Shown here piece after piece: positions 9,404 through 18,532 of a stretch of 64,000 nt of DNA. Positions within the stretch are counted from its first letter, which is position 1. Every line of letters begins with the position of its first letter. Location of the stretch: positions 17,755 through 81,754 of the forward strand of contig JBBDYC010000014.1 of assembly GCA_040901985.1 (NCBI GenBank), read 5' to 3'. This DNA comes from Gemmatimonadaceae bacterium. GTDB lineage: Bacteria; Gemmatimonadota; Gemmatimonadetes; Gemmatimonadales; Gemmatimonadaceae. The translations under genes were made by a program, and so were the position numbers. The notes under the pieces are model-generated. The model saw only the letters and a list, made by a program, of their open reading frames with translations, had not been told where the DNA came from and searched no databases.

Positions 9404-9622
9404 CCCAAGCTCCTCGACCGGATGCCCATAGCTTAACGCTCCCGAGCGTGCCCCGCGCTCGGGACAGGAAATTCAATCGGGGTCGGTCGAGTATACGGTG
9501 TGATGCCCCGCCGCGCGAGCACCGGCGGGCGGGCGACGGGGCGACGGCGGAGGGGCCGTTCGGGCGGGTGCCACAGAGCGAGTGAAACTGGCGTTCCTGC
9601 CGCACCCAGGGCACGTTTCGCC

Positions 9623-10405
9623 ATGGGACTCCGTTCGTTCTTCCCGCTCGCGGCGAGCCTGCTCGTCGCATCTTGCGGACCAGCCGGGACCGGACCCGGC
9701 GGGTCCGGCCCGTCAGTTCCAACTCTCGCGAGCGTCACGCCCGCGTCGGGGAACACCGGCGCAACGGTCAACGTGACAGTGGGGGGCACCGGGTTCGACG
9801 CCGGCGCCATCGTCACGATCAGCGGCAGCCACGTCGCGGTCTCCGCGGTCACCGTGCCCTCTGCCACCCAGGCCACCGCCACGTTCACCATTGATGCGGT
9901 GGCGGCCACCGGCGCCCGCAACGTGTCGGTCACCACCGCCGAGGGGACCAGCAATACGGCGACCTTCACCATCAACGCCGCGGCGTTCGCCGTGGACATT
10001 GATCTGAACCGCGGCACCGTCCGATTCCCCAACTCCTACCAGAACTGGCAGATCGGCGGGGGCTCAGCCACCAACTTCGTCGCCTACCCGCAGGGTTGGA
10101 CCGTGGGCGGGGGCTCGGCCAGCAACTTCGTGCCGGTGCCGCCGGGTTGGTCCGTGGGAGGAGGCTCGGCGACCAACTTCGTCGCGTACCCCGGCAACGG
10201 GGTCACGACCCTCGAACTCAAGTTCGACGACCCGGGGTGGCTCGCGTTCTTCCAGGCACTCCAGGCGGGTGGCTCGATGACCGAACTTCAGCTCGCCGAT
10301 GTCGTCACGTACGTGTATTTCACGTACCGGCCCGAGCACATCAATGGCAGCGGCAACACCGCGACGACCCACTCGCAGGGAGACGCGGCGACCGGCGTGT
10401 GGTGA
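9623..10405 (+). CDS. Lipoprotein with IPT/TIG-like domain and three 17-aa repeats
   Basis: Lipobox LVASC, PTLASVTPASG...V.VGGTGF (IPT-like), then W.(I/V)GGGSA.NFV..P three times. Confidence 0.75.
   Translation: MGLRSFFPLAASLLVASCGPAGTGPGGSGPSVPTLASVTPASGNTGATVNVTVGGTGFDAGAIVTISGSHVAVSAVTVPSATQATATFTIDAVAATGARNVSVTTAEGTSNTATFTINAAAFAVDIDLNRGTVRFPNSYQNWQIGGGSATNFVAYPQGWTVGGGSASNFVPVPPGWSVGGGSATNFVAYPGNGVTTLELKFDDPGWLAFFQALQAGGSMTELQLADVVTYVYFTYRPEHINGSGNTATTHSQGDAATGVW
10046..10198 (+). repeat. Three tandem 51-nt coding repeats
   Basis: TGG codons at 10046, 10097 and 10148 each begin a WxxGGGSAxNFVxxP unit. Confidence 0.9.
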
Positions 10406-10462
10406 GGTCCTCGACCGCCGGAAGCCCCTTGTTCCCGCCGGGGCCGCCAGTGAGTTTGCAGG

Positions 10463-11509
10463 ATGGCGCTCACGGCCAAGGGGCTCGCGGAAGAGCAAGC
10501 GTGGCTGATCACGGTCTCCCTGATCATCCTGGCGGCCGTGGCCACCGCGCTCGCGCTGTCGTGGACCCGCCCGGTGATGGTCCCGCTCGTCCTCGCGACG
10601 TTCGTCTACTATCTGGTCTCGCCAATCGCCGAGCTCCTCGAGAGCCGCCTGCGCTTCCCGCGCTGGGCCTCCACGCTGGTCACGCTCCTCCTGGTCGCCG
10701 GCGGACTCGTTCTGCTGGGATTGCTGGTCACCACCGGCGCCCGCGGCCTCGCGGCGTCGGCCGACATCTATCGCGAGAAGCTGCTGGCCTGGGGGGTGCG
10801 TCTCGCACAGTTCCTCGACGGGCGCGGCATTGACATCAGCCAGGACGCGTTGGTCCAGAGCGTGCAGGACCTGCCGATGCGCGGGATGCTCCAGGCCACC
10901 GCCGGCACCGCGCTCACGCTCGTCACGAACGGCACGCTGGTCTTGATCTTCGTGGTGTTCCTGCTGCTCGGCCGGAACCGCGAGCTCGTCAGGAGCCGGG
11001 TCTTCCGGCAGATTGACCGCGAGATCCGACGGTATCTGGTGGTGAAGTTTGCGCTCTCGGCGGTCACCGGCGCATTGGTGGGCATCATCCTGTCCCTCTT
11101 CGGGCTCGAACTCGCCCTCGTGTTCGGCGTGCTGGCGTTCTTCCTCAACTTCATCCCGAGTGTGGGCTCGATCGTCGCCACCATCCTGCCGTTGCCGCTG
11201 GCGCTGGTGCAGTTCGATACCGCCGGGCCGGTGATCGCAATCTTCGTCCTGACGCTGCTCGTGCAGTTCGCGATCGGCAACGTCATTGACCCCAAGCTGA
11301 TGGGGAAGCGGCTGGACCTGAGTCCGGTGACGATCCTCGCGGCGCTTGTGTTCTGGGGCCTCCTCTGGGGCATCGTCGGGATGCTCCTCGCCGCGCCGCT
11401 GACGGCGATCCTGCGGATCGTGCTCTCGGAGTTTCAGACGACGCGTGTGGTGGCAGACCTGCTCGCGGGGCGGCTGCCGCCGGCCGGGCAAACACCGGAG
11501 TTCTCGTGA
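10463..11509 (+). CDS. AI-2E family transporter
   Basis: Multi-pass membrane protein with LNFIPSVGS and GNVIDPKLMGKRLDLSPVTILAALVFWGLLWGIVGMLLAAPL motifs. Confidence 0.92.
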   Translation: MALTAKGLAEEQAWLITVSLIILAAVATALALSWTRPVMVPLVLATFVYYLVSPIAELLESRLRFPRWASTLVTLLLVAGGLVLLGLLVTTGARGLAASADIYREKLLAWGVRLAQFLDGRGIDISQDALVQSVQDLPMRGMLQATAGTALTLVTNGTLVLIFVVFLLLGRNRELVRSRVFRQIDREIRRYLVVKFALSAVTGALVGIILSLFGLELALVFGVLAFFLNFIPSVGSIVATILPLPLALVQFDTAGPVIAIFVLTLLVQFAIGNVIDPKLMGKRLDLSPVTILAALVFWGLLWGIVGMLLAAPLTAILRIVLSEFQTTRVVADLLAGRLPPAGQTPEFS

Positions 11510-11720
11510 CGGCTCCAGCATCATCGTGACGGCGAATCCGGCGCCACACCGGCGAACGTGCTTGTCCGCGTGCGCTGACCGGCGCGCCGACGCATCCGGT
11601 TGCGCTCCCCCGAGCCCGGTGCGACCTTGGCATCGTGCACCAGCGGCGCGAGCGTCGCTCGCGCCTGCGGGCGCGTTCCACGTAGCGGGCGCGGTCCGCG
11701 CCGGAGGGAGTGAGAGGAGC

Positions 11721-12212
11721 ATGACGCCGTCGGAGCCCCACGCTTCCAGTCCGCCGAAAGTCGTCGCTGTCCTGCCGACGAGTGATGCTGCGCGCGGCTG
11801 GGCGGACGCGACGCCCACCGCGGGGTTGCACGTCCATCAGGTTGAGACGGTACACGGCGGCCTTGCGTTCGTCATCCCGCTCGGGATTCCGCCCCGCCGG
11901 GTGGGTGCGTCGAGCACCGCCCCGACGGCGCTCGAGGTGGCCCTCGACGCGGTCTTCGCGATCCGGGCCGTCCTCGAACCCTGTGGCACCTCGACCGAGG
12001 ACGTCACGGCGCTGACGCTTGCTGCGGGGAATGCACAGGATCTCGCAATCGCGGTGGGGTGCCTCCGAATGAGCTTCCGGGCCCCGCGTCCGGTGCTGCA
12101 GTCGTGCGTGACCGCGCTCCCCGCCGGCTGCATCGTCGCAGTCGGCGCCGTCGCGGTCCCGAGGCGCCACGCGGCGGTGCGCCCCGACTATTCCTCCGCG
12201 ACCCTCCTGTGA
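11721..12212 (+). CDS. Divergent RidA/YjgF-fold protein
   Basis: AGGAG RBS. IRAVLEPCGTSTEDV and PRPVLQSCVTALPAGCIVAVGAVA resemble the RidA core and C-terminus. Confidence 0.5.
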   Translation: MTPSEPHASSPPKVVAVLPTSDAARGWADATPTAGLHVHQVETVHGGLAFVIPLGIPPRRVGASSTAPTALEVALDAVFAIRAVLEPCGTSTEDVTALTLAAGNAQDLAIAVGCLRMSFRAPRPVLQSCVTALPAGCIVAVGAVAVPRRHAAVRPDYSSATLL

Positions 12213-12955
12213 CGGCTGCGCTGGACGCGCTGGGCGCGGCGGGAGGGGTCCTGCGGGCGGTCGCTCGCCCCGACCGGATCGCCAGGCCGTTGCAGTGGCA
12301 GCTCGCCTCGGTGCGCTTCGTCCGGCAAGTGACGGAGAGCGCCCTCCCCCTCATCGGCGCGGCCATCGCCACCGCCGCGCTCATTTCGTTCGTGCTCCAC
12401 GACCAACTGGAGCGGTTCGGGCTCGTGACCCTCGTCGGGCCCCAGCTTTCCCTCGTGCTGGTCCGCGAGATGGCGCCGGTCGTTGCCTCCTTTGTGCTCC
12501 TGACGCGCACGGCGGCGAGCCTCACCGCCGAGCTGGCGACCGAGCGCGTGGAAGGCGAACTCGACGCGCTCGATGCGATGGGACTCAGCAGCGTCGAGCT
12601 CCGCCTCGCCCCACGCGTCATCGCGATGACCGCGACCGGTGCCGTGGCGATGCTCGTCGTTACGCTGCTCGCGGTGCAGACCGACCTGCTGCTCACTCGA
12701 TTCCGCGGCGACGGGGACTCGGGCTCGCTCACCGACGTCGTACGGATGACCTTCTCCCCGTTCGAACCGCTCTGGACGGTCCTCCTCGGCGCCGTCGTCG
12801 GCGCGCTGCTCGCCGTCGTCGCGATCCACGTCAGTGCCGACGCGCGGGCGCAACACGACGTAGCGGTCGCCGTACGCCGGTGCGCGCTTCTCGGCCTCGT
12901 CCTCCTCCTCGTCGTGCACGGCCTCGACACGGCGTTCCGCCTCGGGTTGCAATGA
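12209..12955 (+). CDS. MlaE-like ABC permease
   Basis: LVREMAPVVA, SLTAELATERVEGELDALDAMGLS and LAPRVIA motifs. Confidence 0.85.
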   Translation: MTAALDALGAAGGVLRAVARPDRIARPLQWQLASVRFVRQVTESALPLIGAAIATAALISFVLHDQLERFGLVTLVGPQLSLVLVREMAPVVASFVLLTRTAASLTAELATERVEGELDALDAMGLSSVELRLAPRVIAMTATGAVAMLVVTLLAVQTDLLLTRFRGDGDSGSLTDVVRMTFSPFEPLWTVLLGAVVGALLAVVAIHVSADARAQHDVAVAVRRCALLGLVLLLVVHGLDTAFRLGLQ

Positions 12956-13626
12956 CCGATGCCCCGTTCCTCGTCGAGGGACTCGCCGACCCGGAGGATG
13001 CCGGCGGCGTGCCACTCACGCTCGCCGTGCGCGCCGAGGAGTGGGTCGTCGTCCGCACGTCACCGACACGCGCCCGGCGCCTGCAGTTCGCACTCCTCGA
13101 CCTGGAGCGCGCCGGGACGACGGCGGCGCCAACCGCGGCACGGGTGCTCGGCGAGCCGATTCCGTTCCCGTCGCGGCGCGTCGGCGACGGCGTGCGCGCC
13201 CGACTCGGCACGCTGCTCAATCCCGACGGGCTGATCTCGGCGTGGACGCTGTGGGAGAATCTCGCGCTCCCGCTGCTCGCACGGCGCCAGGCCACGACGA
13301 CCAGCCGCGTTCGTGTCGAGCGGGCACTCGAGCGATTCGGCATTGGCGCCTGGCGCTTCGCCCGCCCACCCGGCGTCCCGAACGACGTGCGCCAGCGCGC
13401 GGCCCTCGCGCGCGCCACGATCACTGATCCCGAGGCCCTCCTGCTCGACGACCCGCTGGCGTCGGTGGCGAGCCGCCACGCCGATGCGCTCTACAGCGAG
13501 TTGCGGGTGCGCGTGCCGACGGCGCTGATCCTCGTGCACCGTCGCGCCGAGTCGCTGTATGCGCGCGCCGACCGGGTCGGCACGTGGGACGCGCGCGGCT
13601 GGCGCCAGATGGGGAGCGACCGATGA
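12952..13626 (+). CDS. MlaF-like ABC ATPase, degenerate
   Basis: TLWENLALPL, RQRAALARATITDPEALLLDDP present. Walker A and LSGG signature are absent. Confidence 0.75.
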   Translation: MTDAPFLVEGLADPEDAGGVPLTLAVRAEEWVVVRTSPTRARRLQFALLDLERAGTTAAPTAARVLGEPIPFPSRRVGDGVRARLGTLLNPDGLISAWTLWENLALPLLARRQATTTSRVRVERALERFGIGAWRFARPPGVPNDVRQRAALARATITDPEALLLDDPLASVASRHADALYSELRVRVPTALILVHRRAESLYARADRVGTWDARGWRQMGSDR

Positions 13627-14540
13627 GTGGACAATGGGGGGCGGCCGACCGTCGCGCGGGGATCATCCTCGCCATCGTGGCGGTGTTGCTGGTGGGCACA
13701 CTCGGGTGGCTCGCGCTCGACGTCACGGGGCCCGAAGAGCGCTGGTACGCGGACTTCGACCGCGTGGAGGGACTCGCGCTGCAGGCGCCGGTGCGGGTCG
13801 AGGGGTTCACGGTCGGACGCGTCACCGCGGTGCAGCCGCTCATCGGCGCGGATGGCCACGTGCGCTTCCGCGTCAGCCTGCGCATCCCCGTCACGCGCGA
13901 TCCAATTCCGCTTCCCGAGGGGACCGTGGCCCGCATCTCACCGCCCCTGCTCGCGGGGCAGGGGGCGCTCGAGCTCGTGCGTCCAATCGGGATGGCGGCG
14001 ACGCTCTCGGCGGGGAGTGTCCTTCCCGGCGAGCTCGCGCCGGGCCTCGTGGGCGAACTCGCGCTCACCGTGGAGCGGCTGCGACGGACGGCGGAGAGCA
14101 TCACCCGGCTGAGCGACACGATGACGACGCTCTCAGCGGGGGTGCGCGGCGACATCACGGGTGTCGCGCGCAGTGCGTCGGCGATGCTCGTGCGCGCCGA
14201 GTCGACGATTGCCGCGCTGCAGTCCGAGATTGCGGGGCTCGGCGAGGTCGTGGACGCGGGGCGCCAGGTGCCCGAACGCATCGTGGCGCTCGTGGACTCC
14301 CTCGACCGGCTCGCCGGCGAGACGCGCGCGGCGATCGTGCGCGCCGATGGGATGCTCGCCGCGGAGGGGCCGCAAATCCGGCGGATCGTCGCGCAACTCG
14401 ACACGGCGACGGCGGCGATGAATCACGTCATCAAGCGATTCGCCCGCCGGCCGCTTCGGATCTTCACCGGCCTCGACACGACCAACTTCCCACCACCGGC
14501 GCCGCTCGATACGACGAGGCGAGACGAGGGGCGCCCGTGA
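13623..14540 (+). CDS. MlaD/MCE family protein
   Basis: N-terminal TM helix, FDRVEGLALQAPVRVEGFTVGRV MCE motif, long coiled-coil tail. Confidence 0.88.
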   Translation: MSGQWGAADRRAGIILAIVAVLLVGTLGWLALDVTGPEERWYADFDRVEGLALQAPVRVEGFTVGRVTAVQPLIGADGHVRFRVSLRIPVTRDPIPLPEGTVARISPPLLAGQGALELVRPIGMAATLSAGSVLPGELAPGLVGELALTVERLRRTAESITRLSDTMTTLSAGVRGDITGVARSASAMLVRAESTIAALQSEIAGLGEVVDAGRQVPERIVALVDSLDRLAGETRAAIVRADGMLAAEGPQIRRIVAQLDTATAAMNHVIKRFARRPLRIFTGLDTTNFPPPAPLDTTRRDEGRP

Positions 14541-14769
14541 ATGGTCGTGCCGAATAGTGTGAAGTAATACCTAATACCCGGGACCGATCCTCGTCGCGCA
14601 CGGAGCGAACGATCCGATATGGTCGGTGGAGGATGGTCCGGATCACCTGCGCGGTACGTTTGCGCGCCACGGTGTCACGTCGCGCCGCATCTTCGACGAC
14701 GAGCAGCACGGCCTTTCGGATTGGGGGGCGATTGCCCGTCGGATGCTCTTCCTGAAGTTCCTGGAGCAT
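14464..14769 (-). pseudogene. Possible degraded RelE/ParE-like toxin remnant
   Basis: IRTILHRPYRIVRSVRDEDRSRVLGITSHYSARPF resembles a ParE C-terminus. The N-terminus looks unrelated and the ORF runs into mlaD. Confidence 0.3.
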
Positions 14770-14804
14770 ACCCTCGCGCCGTGATCATCCCCACGCATCG
14801 GCAG

Positions 14805-15725
14805 TCAGCGCCCTCGGAAAAACTCCCACATCACCCGCGTGGCGTCCAGCGCTCGACTGTCCGTCCCCGAGAGCCACGCGGGGCCCGCGCCCCCGCCGGG
14901 CCACACGTGCCCGTCCCCGTGCAGCGTGTACAGCACGACGTCGCCGCCTGTGCAGGCGGCATAGCTGCGCTGCGACGCGGCCTTCGAGAGGACGGAGTCT
15001 CGTGGAATCGGCGCGCAACCATTGCGCTCAGCCCACTGCGCCACCCAGTCGGTGACACTCGGGAATGCCCTCGCCGAGATCCAGGTCGTCCCTCCGCCAT
15101 ACGGGACCACGGGATCCTCCGTACCGTGGAACACCACAACGGGCACGGGCGGCGCGCTGACGCACGCGCCCCACGGCTGCAGTTGGGCGCCCGCCACGAT
15201 TCCCGCGGCCGCCACCCGGTGCGGCTCGGCGCACGCGAACGCGAAGGTCATCGCGCCGCCATTTGACAGCCCGTTCACGTATACGCGTGCGGGGTCCACG
15301 CCGTACCGCGCCACGAGCGTGTCAATGAGCGTCGCGAGAAACTCGACATCCCGCGTCACATTGGCCCCCGCGATGGCGCGCCACGCCCGCGGCGATGCGC
15401 GCCCGGCACCCGACGGGTACGCGACAAGGAACCCCTCGACGTCGGCGAGGTCGTTCCAGCCGCTGATGTCGCGCTGGGCCGCACCCCAGAGATTCCCTCC
15501 GTGCAGGCTGATCACGAGCGGCACCGGGCGCGAACGGTCAATGCTCCGCGGCACGTGCAGGAGGTAGCCGCGCTCCACTCCACTGATGGTGATGAATCCC
15601 GTGCTCCGGTTCCGCGCGTAGAACGGTGCGCCCTCCACCAGCGCCACCACGCCGGGCAGGTTGATGCAAAAGAGCAGTCCGGCGAGGACGCTGACGCGCC
15701 GCCGCGACGGTGCTGAGCCGTTCAT
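14805..15725 (-). CDS. PHB-depolymerase/LpqC-like alpha/beta hydrolase
   Basis: PLVISLHGG, GFLVAYPSG, GLSNGG nucleophile elbow, FHGTEDPVVPY and GHVWPGG. Confidence 0.88.
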   Translation of the reverse strand: MNGSAPSRRRVSVLAGLLFCINLPGVVALVEGAPFYARNRSTGFITISGVERGYLLHVPRSIDRSRPVPLVISLHGGNLWGAAQRDISGWNDLADVEGFLVAYPSGAGRASPRAWRAIAGANVTRDVEFLATLIDTLVARYGVDPARVYVNGLSNGGAMTFAFACAEPHRVAAAGIVAGAQLQPWGACVSAPPVPVVVFHGTEDPVVPYGGGTTWISARAFPSVTDWVAQWAERNGCAPIPRDSVLSKAASQRSYAACTGGDVVLYTLHGDGHVWPGGGAGPAWLSGTDSRALDATRVMWEFFRGR

Positions 15726-17356
15726 CGGTGCCGGTTCCACGCCAGGGCGAGCGGCGCCGCCGACACGCGGACGAGCGGCACACTGACCGTCGCGAGCATC
15801 AACAGGAGAAAGCGTGGCGCATACGGCGTCGCGAAGAGCCAGAGCAGCGTTCCGTACACGGCTGCCACGCCGCCCAGCCAGGTCGCGGCACCAATGACGA
15901 GCGAGCGCTCCGTCATCTGATTCGCACGATGGAGCCGCACCGCGATCCACGACCCAAGCGCCATCCGCGCGGCGATGATGACGCCAAGCGTCCAATAGAG
16001 GGCCACCCAGAACCAGGCGCGGGCGCCGCTCTCCCACGCCCAGTCGAGCACCGGGACGATCACGGCAATGAGGCAGAGCATCGCGATGGCGCTTCCCTTC
16101 ACGAGCGCCGCACGCCCCGTGAGGCCCAGGTAGAGGCTCTGCACGATCTGGCGCCACGTGGTGAGCATCAGCATCGCGAGTACCAGCGCCGCGAACACAA
16201 TCGCGCGTGGCGTCCCGGTCACGGCTGCAATGCTGCCCGCTCGTGTGGCGACGACCCCCCACGTGTCCGACAGCACCAATGCCGCCGGCACCGCGAGAAG
16301 CACCAGCGTCCACGCGGCGGCGGTGCTCCACACGGCCACACGGATCAGCGCGGCCACCAGCGCGGGGCTCGACAGCGGTCGTGTGGCGGTGAACGGGCTC
16401 ACGCCGTAATCGTCCCCCGCGCCAGCGTGCCGCGCCGCCACCGCGGTGAACGACGCGAGGAACGGGGGCGTGAGCGCGACGATCACGAGTACGGCGAACA
16501 CCATCGCCGGGGCGCCTCGCGCCGCCCACAGGATGAGCAGTTCCACCGGGAGCACGATTGCCACCATCACGGGGAGCGAGCGCCCGAAACGCAGCCACTC
16601 GAGCCAGCGCTGCGCAGCAGCCGCGCTCGTGAACGGCGGGCGGGTGCCGCGTTGACGTCGGACGAGTCGGCCGAGCGCCGAAGTCGTGCCGCTCCAGTCC
16701 GCCACATCGCCACGCCGCGCCCTCGCGACGGCGCGCCAGGCCACGAGGTATGCGAGTGGGAGCTGCGGCGCGAGCAACGCGATCATCCGCGCTTCGCTCA
16801 CCCCGTACTCGATCGCGAGCACCTCTGCCACCTGGATCGCGGACATCACGACGACCGCGACAGCGACGCGGAGCCCCGGGAGCGGGTATGAAGTCCACAC
16901 GATTGCCTGCAACCACGCCAACAGCACCATCAGCACCAGCCCGATCCACAGATACGGCACTGTGTCGGCGAGTGCGGCGGGCAGCGGCGCCAGCATCCGC
17001 GCGGCGAGCCAGAGCAGGCCGACCGCCGCGCCTCCATAAAGCATCGGGCACGCCGCCAGTGCTGCGTTCGTCACCGGCAACGCGAGCAGGCGTGGTGGAA
17101 AGATCGATCGCCGTCCCGCGAGGTCACCAGAGTATCCGAACGTGAACACGACGACGAGCCAATAGAACACCGCTGACCCGGGCACCAGTATCGCAAAGGC
17201 GTACGCCCCGCCGAACGTGGCAAACATCGGCTCTCCCACGGCACGTTCGACCAGCCGCAGCCCGACCAGCACCACCATCCACGCCGCGAGCGCGACCCAA
17301 CCCCAGCGGTGCTGGCGGAGGAACTGCCAGCCCAATGTTGCGGCGTGCGTGCGCAC
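15722..17356 (-). CDS. Multi-pass membrane protein, probable ABC-2-type permease
   Basis: About 12 hydrophobic helices in two similar halves. Directly downstream of the ABC ATPase. Confidence 0.7.
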   Translation of the reverse strand: MRTHAATLGWQFLRQHRWGWVALAAWMVVLVGLRLVERAVGEPMFATFGGAYAFAILVPGSAVFYWLVVVFTFGYSGDLAGRRSIFPPRLLALPVTNAALAACPMLYGGAAVGLLWLAARMLAPLPAALADTVPYLWIGLVLMVLLAWLQAIVWTSYPLPGLRVAVAVVVMSAIQVAEVLAIEYGVSEARMIALLAPQLPLAYLVAWRAVARARRGDVADWSGTTSALGRLVRRQRGTRPPFTSAAAAQRWLEWLRFGRSLPVMVAIVLPVELLILWAARGAPAMVFAVLVIVALTPPFLASFTAVAARHAGAGDDYGVSPFTATRPLSSPALVAALIRVAVWSTAAAWTLVLLAVPAALVLSDTWGVVATRAGSIAAVTGTPRAIVFAALVLAMLMLTTWRQIVQSLYLGLTGRAALVKGSAIAMLCLIAVIVPVLDWAWESGARAWFWVALYWTLGVIIAARMALGSWIAVRLHRANQMTERSLVIGAATWLGGVAAVYGTLLWLFATPYAPRFLLLMLATVSVPLVRVSAAPLALAWNRHR

Positions 17357-17357
17357 C

Positions 17358-18140
17358 CTAGGCCAGCGGCAGCGGGGCCGCCGGCGTGCCGACGCGCGCG
17401 TGGAACACCTCGCTCAGCGTGGGCGCACGCCCGTCCAACCGGTGCGACTCCCGAATCTCCGCGAGTGGCGCACTCAGGATGATCCGGCCCTCACTGATCA
17501 TGATGACGTGATCCGCCACCTCCTCCACCTCGTCGAGCAAATGCGACGAGAAGAGCACCGTGCGCCCTTCCTGCGCGACGGTCCGCAGCACCGCGCCGAG
17601 GATGTCGCGGCGGACAATCGGGTCGAGGCCGGACGACGGCTCGTCGAGCACCAGCAGCTCCGGGCGATGTGCCAGCGCCGCCAGCAGTCCGGCACGCGCC
17701 TTCTGCCCTTTCGAAAGTGTCTGGAGCCGCGCCGAGGGATCGAGGCCGAACGCACGACGCAAATCGTCGGCGTACGCGTCATCCCAACCTTCGTAAAAGG
17801 CACGTGTGTAGCGCAGCAGCTCCTCGACCCGCATCCACCCTGGCAGGTCGTTCTCCTCCGACAGGTAGCCGATGCGCGACAGCACCGCGACCGGCTCGGC
17901 CACGGGGTCCAGACCGAACACGCGCACCGTGCCGCTTTCCGCGCGGAGGAGGCCGAGGATGTGTCGGATGAGAGTGGTCTTGCCGGCGCCGTTGGCGCCG
18001 ACAAGGCCGTAGACGACGCCGCGCGGCAGCGAGAGCGTGATGTCGTCCAACGCTGGCCGCTGCGCGAAGCGGCGCGAGAGCTGTGTGAGCTGAATGACCG
18101 GTGCGGCCACGCGATGGCCGACGTCGGGCTGACTGTCCAT
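17358..18140 (-). CDS. ABC transporter ATP-binding protein
   Basis: GANGAGKTT, LSKGQ, LLVLDEPSSGLD and SSH motifs. Confidence 0.93.
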   Translation of the reverse strand: MDSQPDVGHRVAAPVIQLTQLSRRFAQRPALDDITLSLPRGVVYGLVGANGAGKTTLIRHILGLLRAESGTVRVFGLDPVAEPVAVLSRIGYLSEENDLPGWMRVEELLRYTRAFYEGWDDAYADDLRRAFGLDPSARLQTLSKGQKARAGLLAALAHRPELLVLDEPSSGLDPIVRRDILGAVLRTVAQEGRTVLFSSHLLDEVEEVADHVIMISEGRIILSAPLAEIRESHRLDGRAPTLSEVFHARVGTPAAPLPLA

Positions 18141-18532
18141 CAGCGGCAATCTCCACTTTGCCGGCTCCGGCGGCCAGTGCCCGGGCCTTGGATTCACGGT
18201 TCGACTGAACCTCACCCGCTACATTGGACACTGGAGTCAAGTTCTCGAAGCAGGGGAAGATCTGTGTGAATCCGTCCGTGACCTTCCCGTGTGCATCCGC
18301 CACCGCCAAATTTCAGGGATGGGCAGCGACCGTCGTGCGATGACCGTCCGCATCGTTCCGGTAGCCAGTCGCGAGGCGGCGCAGCCGCCCGCCGGGACCT
18401 CGGCTGCCAAGCCAACCTTGAAACGCAACACTGAGCCTCACGGGACGTAGACCTCCTCCGGGATTCTGAAGCCTAGTCGCTCCCTCACCTCGCTACCCCG
18501 CAACCGACTACGGGCGTTAACTTTAGCGCCCG

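Noticed and set aside
9569..9598. Third copy of the ECF motif upstream of the IPT lipoprotein (TGCCAC...GGCGTTC)
   Set aside because: Only a partial match with shifted spacing, too weak in GC-rich DNA.
10046..10198. 51-nt periodic repeats as a CRISPR array
   Set aside because: They are in-frame coding repeats with synonymous variation, no unique spacers and no cas genes.
14805..17051. 748-aa ORF as a single fusion protein
   Set aside because: The N-terminal 440 aa are an Arg-rich off-frame shadow of the permease. The real esterase starts at 15725.
18141..18532. Small ORFs or ncRNA in the ABC-asnS divergent gap
   Set aside because: No ORF with a convincing codon pattern or motif, and no recognisable RNA family.
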